Below, one piece after another: positions 40,301-52,300 of a DNA stretch of 64,000 nucleotides. Within the stretch, counting starts at the first letter, position 1; each line of letters opens with the position of its first letter. Location: the NCBI GenBank assembly GCA_964199315.1, contig OZ116704.1:15128001-15192000 (forward strand), given 5' to 3'. The notes under the pieces were generated by a model. The model did no database searches, was not told the origin of the DNA, and saw nothing but the letters and a program-made list of their open reading frames with translations. Source of the stretch: Orbicella franksi. Its lineage: Eukaryota. The position numbers were made by a program, and so were the translations under genes.

Positions 40301-43300
40301 GTTATGATTAATTGTACACTAGGAATTGATGATCACGTGTATGACCTTGGCCCTCGTGGTGCGCCTGAAGGCTCGTCGTTTGAGTCCCCCAGCGTGAGAT
40401 TTGAGCTGGAGAACTTCAACGTGCGGACATTTTATGACAAACTGGAAGATCAAACGCTGCACGTATCATCGCAGTTGGCCCGTCACCAAGCAGACCTCAG
40501 AGCATTCTACGACAGAATTAGCCAGCAAGCCGAGAAACTGAAAGGAATGCTGGACAGTATGGACGTGTCTGCTCTTATCAAAGCCACGAAAGAAGCGGGA
40601 AGAGCCCGGGAAGGCGAGGTATGAAGTCAAACGTCCTCACTGTAGGTTAATAAGGAATTTACGTAAGCAGGACGGTGACGCCGAGGACAACGTCGATAAA
40701 AACATGAATTTATATTTTACCTACGAATCTTGCAATACTCTAAAGTCATTTACTTTGTTTATCACCGTCAAAACTAACACGAAACTAAATCTGGAACACA
40801 GCGATAAATTTCGAAAAGAAATTTAGCAAATTAGTTGTTGTAGTTCACATTCTCCAGGCAACGCAGAATTTCGTCATTTCACGTTTAGTTTTTTTAGAGG
40901 ACGGCAAAGTAACGTACCAAGAATTATAACGCACGTGCACAGCGATTGTAGTGCTCATTAAGCCGTTTGTTTAGCAACGTTCCCGTTACCGTTGCCTCTA
41001 TGGTGTTTTTTAACTCCTTTATAAGAATTCGCATTTGTTTAGTGCTTCGTTGTCATGATCGACTGTCCGTTTAAATTGTAGGATGCTACTGAAGAGCAGC
41101 CGCAGTCAAGTGGTGTTGGTGAAGCTAGCAAGAGGTATGGCATGACAGCAGGAGGTCAGGTCCGAGAGGAAGAGTTAATGGCAGCTCTTCAGATGCTGCT
41201 TGAGAGAGTGGAAAAGGGACAGTTTGCTATGCCAGGTTAGGCAGTTCATAGCCAAGTGCTTAGAATTAAATTTACTTTAACAACAACAACGAAAACTTTA
41301 TTTCACACCAGAGTTAGAAATTACAATATTGTAAAAGTAAAAACAAAAATGATAGGGGTGCTGGCTACCCGAAATAACCTAAGAATTAATGCTAGGAAGC
41401 CAGTTAAAAGAAATGATATTATACATGTTTAGGTCAGAAACACAAAACAAACAAATAGACACACATCAAAAATAGAAATAAACAAAGTTAAGCTAACTAC
41501 CTGTAGACTAAAGTTCTTACATTACAAAACAGTATTTTTATCCAGGAAGAGCGGTGTACAGATATCCAATAATCTTTAATAAAGTGGTGTGCCATTTTAT
41601 TTTCAAACAAAGACAACGAAGATGATTTTATATCTTCATCAATGGAATTCCATCGTAAGTTTTCGTAAGTAATTGAATGACTTTGGTTTCCTCTTTTGGT
41701 TTTTGTAGCCATAGTGTCAGGCACCAGCGTGTCTGTGCCAGGTGCCGGGATGGTTGTTATGGGAGGGGACAGTACTACAGCCACCACGACTTTCACTCAA
41801 CAAACAGCTGGGTACCCTGTGGTGGAGGTGCACGCAGGCGAGGCTGCTGGGGCACAGTGGCACATCAAAGGAACGAGTGACGTCAGCGAGTTCTTGCGTA
41901 AGATGAATGCAGAGCGCATGCACCTTGAGCAACAGATTGGACGGGAAGAGGAGACCGCTGTACACAAACTACTTAAAGAACAGGTAATGCTTAAACAGAC
42001 AAAGTAGGTTTTCTTCAAAATTTGAATTCTGAGCGTGCGTTCTTTACCTACACACGAATCTGAAGGCTTTATTTTGCCTAAACTTTACCACTTTTGATTG
42101 ACCTAGATTTAGCTTAGCACTGGGACGTAGAAGTGCTCACAGTATTGGTATTGGGCACACGTTAAGGATTGACGAAATTATGCCATTTCTGGTTCAGAAA
42201 TCCGTGTTACGTTAATCGCGTGAGTCATCAAAGGAGCACAGATTATTCCTTGCAAAATTCATATTGTTTGGTTTAAGTTATCTTGCGAGACTCGGTGTGA
42301 ATCTTTGCAAAGGAAAGAATTTTCTCAGCTATAATATTATACCATGTGTAGCTTCCAGTAAAACAGTCACGACTAAATGAACTCCCTGACATTTTATTAC
42401 AAGTGACTTTTGAACTTGGATGGTATTGTTATGAAACACTGGTTAAGATGCTGATATCAAGCGTGTTTGAATTTGCAGGAAGAGAAGCGGTCAGAGGAGA
42501 TGAAGAGATTAGCCGAGAACTTAGCGGACAAACTCTCAGGTGATCTGAGCGAGGATGAAACGAGAGCAGTCATGGAAGACCATGAAAGACAAGTGGCGCA
42601 ATTAGAAGGCCTGTTAGCATCCGAAAAAGAGAAACAAATGGCAGCACTGAGAGATAAACTGAGACGACGAAGAGAAGAAAAAGAAGCCGCCATGTTAAGG
42701 AAACAGAAAGAAGAGGTACAGACATGATATGAGTGAATCCCCGTCCACACTACGTCGGAGGAATTTCAAAACGCAGCTTTATTTCTACGGTTAGGCCTAC
42801 CGTCCACACTAATCCGTCACGAAAACGGAGCTTTTCGAAAACGCTCTTCAAACCCGAGAAAACTGAAAACGCCTGCTTTGCGTTTTAATGTGGACAGAAG
42901 ACATTTTGAAATCGTTGAGGTTATCAGAAATGACCGGATATTGTTGCGTTCTCAAATTTCTCCGGCGTAATTTGGACGGGAAACATTTGGTACGTTTTCG
43001 GAGTGAAACCCCCGTTTTGAAATTCCTCCAGCGTAGTTTGGACGCTGCCTTAATGTTCTCAAGAATAATGATGATATGCACCAAATTGCAAATCTTGGAA
43101 CAATTTATCCACTCATTGTTCAACAGACAACACACAATAAGTCATCAATTCGAATTAAAAAGGAGTGCAAAACTTACAGTAAAGAGAATGCATGATCTTC
43201 TTAATTCTGTGTACTTTTTCAACAGGCCGAAAAGTCCAATATCCGTCTGGACGATGTTGAACCGCTGGCCAGCATAGATACAGTACTGAAGACTCAAGAA

Positions 43301-46300
43301 AGTGTCCAAGATGTTATTGTTCAGGAAGAGTCTATTGGGCATGCGCGAGCAGAGGAGCAGCAGTCCAATGAACAGGCAGAAGTGTATCGTCGCCAGCTTG
43401 GCGACAAGTTCTGTGCTATGGTGGTAAGAGTCATTGCAAAGAAATCCCCGGGGTGGGGTTACTCCCAGAAAAATCGGGTGAGGGTGAGGGGTGTGTGGCC
43501 TGCTTCCCAAAACCCTTACCCTATTTAAGACCAAAGTCTGCGATTTTCCCTGCCCTATTTATGACCTGACCCTTAAATCAATATCCTGTTTTAGATCTGC
43601 CTTATAATAATTCCTTAGTTTAGACCAATATTAAAGGTAATGTTTATGTGCTTTTATTAAGTAGGATAGCTTCTTCTAAAAAAAACATACCCAATTCAAG
43701 ACTAGAGTACAACAACCATACCCTATTCGAGACCAAAATGGCTAAAATCGATACCCTGTTTAGGACCAAACGGCTTACAAACCATACCCGCCTTGGGGGC
43801 AACACATGCCTATATAGCCCATATGAGGGATTACCCTTCCGGGATCAAATCAAATGCTAAGTTTATGATCGTCCAAAACGTCCTTTAGAGTTAGATTTTA
43901 AATGGTTGTTGACATGACTGTCTTGTCAGTTGCCAAATGTAAAATTCTTATTTCTGATGCAGGTTGTTTACATTATTTTAAAACAGTCACAATAACGAAT
44001 AACTGATCTGATAAAAGACCTGTTTTTCACCAGGATGACCTTGTCACTTCCGGGTCTCTGTATGCTGATCAAGCAGAACAAATCAAACGCGAACAAATGG
44101 AATTGGAAGAAAAGATGTCACGCGATCTAGCACAACAGCGTGCGCAACAGACAGCACTTATTAAGGAAAAGCTCGCGCAGAGAAAGAGAGAACAAATGAA
44201 GAAACTGAGAGAACAACAGGAGATGGAGAAAGCTAAGGTAAACCTGTGAATTTCGCCATGCGTCACGCACATTTCACGCACAGCAGCGGCTTGTGTTACT
44301 TACCTTGTCACACAACTCTTGATTTAGGTCACTGGTGAGAGCGGTGACGTAACAGCACTAAACCTGTGAAATCCACCACATGTCACGCATCTCACGCATC
44401 TCACGCACACCAGCGGTTACTTACCTTGTCACGTAACTCTTGATTTAGGTCATTAGTGAGGGCGGTGACGTCACAGCACTAATAAAGCAGCATAAACAGG
44501 AAGTTACTGCGCTGGAAGCAAGTTTTGAGGCGGAAGAGACGCGTCACACTGCAGAGATTAACAAGAAACTTGACGAGACGCACATGGAGAACGTGCAACA
44601 AGCCCACAGAGCCCTGCTTGAAAAGGTGAGCTGGAAACGAAACGCTTTGACTCCACCATTATGTCTCTTATATTCCGGGCTAAGCGAAATGCCAATGTCA
44701 GCTTTAAATTATTCCTGCGATATTACGCTTGATGAAACCGTTATGTAAAGGTTTTTAAAAGTCACGGTTTGCGCATCTGGAAACGTTTATCCTAGATTTG
44801 TAATCCGTGTTAATCTTCTCCATCGATAACCATCCTTGTTCCTTCATGGTTTATTATTTTCTCTTTGACATTTTTCTATCTTTGTAAACTACTATTTTCA
44901 GGTTTCCTTGAATTTAAAGGTAATTTTGTCTGTGGTCATAATAACTCAAAGTACCGTGATTGGACTCCTCTAACTTTTCTGTATTGTCTATTGAAGGTTA
45001 CAAGAGACAATTTGGACGCGGTACTTCAACAGCAGATTATGGATCAGTTCAGGAAAGATAACGAGGCGCTGCTCGGACACCTTGAAGAACGAAAACTGAA
45101 GTCTCTTGAAGACACCAAGGTAACAAAAAATGTATAATAGTCGATAAAAAATAAAATTGAATTCTCTTGTGCAAACAAGCTCTGACAAGCTAGGATACAC
45201 TACTTTAAGCTGCAGTGAACTTTCGTTACTTGAATAACAGCAGCCGCGTAGCAGGCATTCATTTCCAAAAGCACGCGAAGGAAACGAATTAAAATGCGAG
45301 CGAGTTCGAAAAAAATAACGAGTAAGGCAAAACATAAATGCCCTTCCTCCCCAACCCCTCCCCCTTCACCTCCTTTTTTTGCTCACCCCCTCCCCACTTC
45401 TCCCTTTTTTTGCTAACCCCAGGTGCGCTCATTTCCTCGATCTTCCCGCCTGGAAAATGGAAAGGAAACGTCTGCTGCGCAAGCTAAAAACAACATTTCT
45501 CTTTGTTTTAGTTGTTATAAGTAAAGCGGGGTGCAATATATGTCCTCTTTGTTGGATTTTCCAGAACACGGCATATCAATGCTAGGCTTCATAACAGCAT
45601 TATTAAATGACATACTTCTCTCACTAACCGACGAGAATTCGCTGATTTAAGTCTGGTTGTTTTTCTCTTCCTTACAGGCCAAACTTGCTGCTCGTCGCGC
45701 TCGTCGTCAAGAAGAGGCGCGCCGTCAAGCAGAGGAGACAGCTGCCCAGCGGATATTGGAAGAACAGAGCCAGGCCATCGCGGCCAACAAACCAGTGGAC
45801 GCAGATCACGTCATAGTACCTGAGGTCATTTTACCTCGTGAAACATCAGAAGAGCAGGTTCGAATAAACTTGTAATTTACGTCTGGTTATAGGAAAATCG
45901 TTGCCCACGTCATTGTTAACATTTTTCCTCATTAACATACGCGCATAGAAAGCATCATGCAAGACACGAATTGACTACAAACATTTAAAGAGCTGCTGAA
46001 ACTTAGTTATTGGTGAATTTTTGACTCTTTGGGTGTAACCTTCGAGGAGAAACTGGCTTTCAAAAACTGCAAAATTTCTGAGTGGCAAAATCGCTAATCC
46101 TCATACATTTTTTGTGAAATTTTGAGTTTTTAAACTCGCATAGCACAAGAAGTATTCAATACATCGGGCTCAAATTCCTTGGGACAGTTAATCCTGTTGT
46201 GTCCTTTCAACATTCATAATTTATGTTTTTGTAGCTCCATCAGAAACTGTATCGCTTAGGCAAGTATTGAAAACAAAGAGTCTCTCAGGCTAACTGGTTT

Positions 46301-49300
46301 TCTACAAGCTGGTTATAACAACTAACTTGACTTGACCTGTATTGACATTTTGCAAAATGTTTTCTGATGTTTTCTAGTGTTTGTTTGTTTGTTTTTCTTT
46401 CCATCTTCAGGCATTGCGAAACGAACAGGAACGCACATTGGCTGACATGCGTGACAGACACGAACAAGACACTCACAAGATGGACGAAAAACTTGAAAGA
46501 GAAGCGGTGGCGGAAGAAGCGCAAGCCACGGAACTGCTCGAAGCTGACAAAGAACGGAAACTAAGAGAATTGAAGGACAGGCATGCTGCGGAATTAGCTG
46601 CTCGCTCGAAAGATATGTCACCTGAGGAAGTACAACAGGTATTTGAGGAACGTTGACTTTTGTTTTCTACAAAAATTTTCAAATGTTGTTGTTTATAGTG
46701 GTCAATGCGCTTAGCTACACCTAGCTAGTTCACGAGTATGCCGCTTAAACTGAAAGGAACATATATATCAACTTAACATAATAGGCTTAAAAATCCCAAC
46801 TGGCGGGAGGCAGACCAGTTGGCTATTTGCAAGCATGACCGAGGAGTTGAACTAGGGTCTACGGAGAAACAACTCCAGCTAAGTGGTCAGAGCTGGACTT
46901 GAACCCGCGACCTCCAGTGGCGCACTAACTACTCGGCCACGCTGCCGCCCTATAAAGTGGTGATAGGGAAATGACTGTCGGTTTTTCGGAACAATACCTA
47001 GACTTCCCCTAGTCAGTAGAGCATTGCGTATTCGCATAGAATTCCAGGTATTAACGTGGAATAAAACATCAAAAGCTAGCAGTTTGTGTTCCAGAGAGTC
47101 AGTCAGTCAGCATCTTAGGCTGATATTGTCGAGATCATTTGTGATGTTTGATATGGTCTGCAGCTTTTGGCAGCCCACCAACAAGAACTGGACGAAATAA
47201 TGGAAAAGATGGACGTAGAAAAGCAACGGCAACAGGCTAATTTACACCAGAAACTGCTGGAAAGAAAGAAACGAAGACAAGAGGCGCAACAACGAAAACA
47301 AGAACGAGAGATGGCCAAGGAACTGCTGGAGCAAAAGAAAGAACTTGCTGAAGTGCGCACACAACATGTAAGTAACTTTATGATTAGTAACTGAGAACTG
47401 GAACAAGTACGAGTAGTCGTTTTTTTATAAATAGGGAGTATAAGAAAACCAAGACGGCAACGGGAACGTCGCTAAACAAAAGGTTTAACGAGCAGAACAA
47501 TGGCTGTGCACGTGCGTGCCGTTATAATTCTTGGTACATTTCTTTGCCGTCCTCTGCACAACAACGCCATGAAATGACCAAGTTCTAAGTTTTCTGGAGA
47601 ACGTGAACGACGACGGCTAATTTTTCAAGTTTCTATTTCAAATTTATCGCTGTGTTCCAGATGCAGTTTCGTGATAGTTTTGACAGTGACAGTGAAACAA
47701 AATGACTATAGAGTATCGCGAGATTCATAGGTAAAATATAAATTGATTTTGTAATCGACGTTGTCCTCGGCGTCGCCATCTTGCTTACTTAAACTTCCTA
47801 TTTGGTTATACCTCATTTGGTTAACAATTTCTAAACTCATAAGAAGTTGAAGCTGTTCGTCTCTTCTTGTAGTTATGGTATGGTAGCAGTGTATTTACTA
47901 TAGGTTAGCGCGCATTTATACTGAACGAGAACTGAAGGCACTATATGGCACTGCTATTTGGTACAACCTCATTCACGCAATCTATCTTTACGGAAGAAAT
48001 AAGATCAAACGGAAGGACGTATTCCTTATATGTACCTACATATTTGATTCACAGGTGAAGGAAGCTGAAAAGCAAGCCATGATTGAAGGAATTCGGGAAA
48101 ATGGCTCGGAAGCTGCAGAGTTTGTTATTCGAAAGGTAACAGTCTGACGTAATCACTTTCTTGTTATTGTGGACAGCGTCGCTTTGTACATGGCGAAATA
48201 TTGCTAGTTTTTTGTAGAATTAGTGTTTCTTAAAAGATAATTCTTGTTTCGAGAGCAAGTTAGTTGGTGCAACAACGACATATTAATTTTCCTAGTAAAG
48301 GAGACGGCCAATTTATCAGCGTCTTACCTTTAGTCTCCCTCAAAAACAACAACAACAAACCTTTGTTTAGAAATTACATAAACACACAAGGACATTTATG
48401 TATACTTGCCACATATAACGCTGAGACGCTTTTCGAACTGGGAGCGAGCTGAAAAATTAGATTAATAAAAGATAACAAAGAGGATGCAATGAAAAGTAGA
48501 TATCAAAAACTAACAAATTACAACACAATACGCGCAGTACTTACTTGGTCTTCAATAGGTCTGTAGGTCTAGGAACAGATCGAACATTCATCCCGGTTTA
48601 AACCCGTTTCAATCTCCTTTTCGGGTGATGGTTGACCTCTTCCTGGCCTTCGAGAATTGTCAGTGTTTTTCTTAATTAACTTCCACATCGCTCTTAGGAA
48701 GTAAGACACGCGAGGATTAGGCTGTTGAAAAGCTCATCTTGCTACGTTTGAATTACCTATAAAATCAATAAAGTAAATCTTGTTCTACACGAGACTTTTC
48801 TGAGATTAAAATGTTTATAAAATGCAACGTTTTGGGCAGTTTTACTACTTTTCTTCAGGCACCGTAGTTCCAGCTCAATATGGCCGACTTTGTTGAGACT
48901 TTGAAAACTCCCGAGTAGAACAGGATTTCCTTTATTTATTTTATATGTAAACATGAGAGGTTCTGAAAGTTTCAGAAAAACTATTTAAATTAGCGTTTTG
49001 CACTTTAATCAGCTCAAAGGACAGCTAACTCTGTAGCTTTTGATAAGATCAGCAAACCAAAAAATTTTTTTTTGTTTGTTTGTTTGTTTTTCGGCGATAG
49101 GTTCTCGAAAAACGACACAGTCAAGAGCTGAAAGACTTAGAGCGCATGTTCCAGGAAGAACGTAAGGTGGCAGTTGACGAAGCACTGGCCAAGATGGAAG
49201 AAAGACACGCTCAAGAAAGCGATGAACTGCGTGCTCAAAACGAAAAAGAGTTGAAAGAACTTGAAAAGCAACGGCTTAGTCCTGAAGAGTTGCAGCAAAG

Positions 49301-52300
49301 ACGAGCGCAGTTACTGAATCAACAACAGTTACGGCAAAGTGCGCTGGACAGGAAACACGCTGAACAACGAAAACAGATCGAACATGGCGTCCAGTCCGAT
49401 TGGGAAGTGCGTTTTGCTCGCGCTAAGTTGGAACTCAAGGAAAAGCATTATCAGGTTCGTTTATTGGTATTGATAATTATAGTTTCTATCACACTTCAGG
49501 GCCGAGTTGTTCAAAGCCCGATTAAGCTAACCCAGGATTAGCGCCGGACAATTTTAATTTCAGTTTTATAACTTTTCGGTGAGGTTTTCTGTTTATATTG
49601 TTTGTCCTTCAGTTTTGAGCTTGGGTAATCTCAAAATACACAAAGCACCAAAAAATTAGCGTTAACCGGCTCTCGAACAACCAGCCCCAGATGTTTAATT
49701 GCAGCCGTATTTTAGGTTGATGTTTGATTTGGAGGAAATCCTATCTGAGGATGTCTATCTGATGTCTATTTGTCATTCTTTTCCTCTCCCTCCCGTCCCC
49801 TCCGGTAGGAGTATGCAGATGCCTTAAATGAGTTGACTCCAGAGCAAGCAGAAGAACACAGGCGATCAGTTGAAAAGGCTCTGGCAGCCGCCAGGGAACT
49901 GGAAATAGTCAAGCAGAAATTAGATGAACAGCGACTGGAGAACGAGCAAAAACTCAAACAAGAAAATGAAGGTTTGTTGGTTTCACTAAAGTTCACGATG
50001 TTACGGTATAATAATAACGTAATACTATCCTAAAGATTTCATGTCAACAATATTCATTAATGGTGTGGGCTGGGTAGAACCATTTTGTCAGTGTATTCAA
50101 TTGGTAGTCTTAAAAGTTAAAGTCCCTTAAATCTAGTCTAACCACAGACCTTCTGTTTTTTCTTGAGGTCGTCGAGATCACAAGTTATATTAACCGCAGG
50201 GAATTAGAAAAAGCCTGAACGCAAGAGGGGTGGCGCTGGGGAATGCGGACAAAGACCCGTTTCGCGGCCGCTCTCGCGCTCTGTACTCGCTCTCGATCTC
50301 ACGCCTTCGCATCGCTCGCGCGCTCAAAAAAAATTAATCGTGGCAACAAATAAACGTCTGTAAACAGACTATATATGAAACAGTAGAAACGTTTAAAACT
50401 GTTCTAACCCATGTATCATTTTCACTTCAGCATTTGAAGCAGAACAGCAACAAAAGTTGGAGGAAGAACTTCGGGCGTTCGACAAACAACTGGAACAAGA
50501 AGCAGAGGAAGAACAGAAAAAGAACGAGAAGGCAATCTTGGCTTTGAATGCTCGAAAAGAAGCACTGCTGAAGGAAAAGAAAACTAAAGTCAAACAAGAA
50601 ATTGATAAAATGAGCAAGCAAGGCGCTTCTAAGGAAGATCAAGAAGCCATCTTGAAAGAGCACAGCAAAGACCTGGCGAAACTCATGAACAAGATGGATG
50701 CAGACAGAATGAGAATGCAGAGCTCGCTAGAAGAGCGTCTGAAGAAGAGACGCGATGCGAAGCGGCAGAGCAAAGTTGATGAGCTGAAGAATCGAAATGA
50801 AGAAGAGAAAAGAGAATTTGAAGAAAAAGTACAGTCGGAGCGTGATCGAGTGCAAGCTGAAGAGGTCATCGCTTTGAAAGAGAGCATCCATGTTGATAAC
50901 CTCGTCGCCGCTACGATCGAATCCGAAGCTACTCCACCACCTGTGCCCCAGGCCCGATTGATGCCGGACAGTTATCGATTAGCAGCGCCATTGAGCGAGG
51001 GTGAATTGGCGTCCTTGCTGCTATCGTCACCGCTGTACCAGAAGATCGAAGGCATCAAATCTTTGTTGAGTGGTGGAGCTGGGAAGGGAGGCCAGTTCAA
51101 TGCTCCAGGTAAGGATGACGGGTGCAAAGCTAATGAAAGCTTGGCTGGGACTGTTGTCAGTTAAACAGTCATGACACAGCATTACGTATGGAGAAGTATG
51201 GATTGCTTAAATTAATAGGGGTGCAGAGGGCGGAGAGGAGGTATTGTTCATTGAGATTGGTGTTTAAAAAACACCTCCTTGAAAAGTCTTAGTAAGTTTG
51301 AAAACGAGTCCTCATGCAAAAACTTTCGTATGAAAATGAGTTTGATTCGCAAGAAAATGAACCTGTCGGGGGAACAACTCGGAGAAGGCCCACGGTAAGA
51401 ATCATTATTTTGGTTACAGCGATGAGCTTTTTAGCACATTTAATTTATTATGGTAACGTTTGTCTAATAATTCGTTCTTGTTTCTCAGCACCTGGTGAAG
51501 GCTACATTGACATCAAAGACGACACGCTGTGGGGAAGAGACGACGAACTCGTCCCAGTTGACCTGAACACGCTGCCTGCTCGGTCGTTCGTCACATACAA
51601 GTTTGGTTCGTTCATTGTCGACCTGCTCGCTGTTCATTGCCACCACTTACCAGTCACGTTGCTACTCGCTGACAAACTGCCACCCAACACTCACCTGGAG
51701 AGGAACGCTTACCGCAACTCCTTCTTCTATGATGCTAACAACCGCATCTTGTACGTACGCGCCGAGCGAATGGACAACGTTGGAGAGTTTGTCTTGGTTC
51801 TTGTCCACTGCCTGTCACACATCGCTTGTGGAGACTTGCGTGACGACTCACATCCGGGCTTTTTAAAAGAGTTCCATCACGCCCTAGCCGTGATGTGCGA
51901 TGACTTGTTCTTTGCGCGTTACAGGCGTTCTTCTGCGCTTGCGCGTACGCTGTCGTCACTTCCGGCGAAGGATGATTTGGAGAGCGCCAGTCGAATGCTG
52001 CTGGAGTCAGTGTTTGGTGATGCGCATACGGAGGCTGACAAGTCCAACGTGGTAGAAGGACTCTTAGACGCCAAGCTTTTACGCGGTGCAAACAAAGATG
52101 GCGTACATTTTACACATGAGGGAATTGTGGAGCGCTTATCCAAGTACAGTAACTTTGCCGTGGAGTCCAAGCTGCGATCTTTCTTGGGTGATGTGGAAGA
52201 CAAGGCTTCTCACGCTCGACTACAAGGCACCGAGGAGTTTATTGATAAACGACTTACTGAACTGCAAGGACCACAAGCTAAGGACAGACCGGTGTCACGT

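Noticed and set aside
51314-51488. N-terminal extension of ORF 51314-52498, including a hydrophobic stretch (second TM?)
   Set aside because: It derives from a truncated MITE and intron sequence upstream of the acceptor at 51487-51488.
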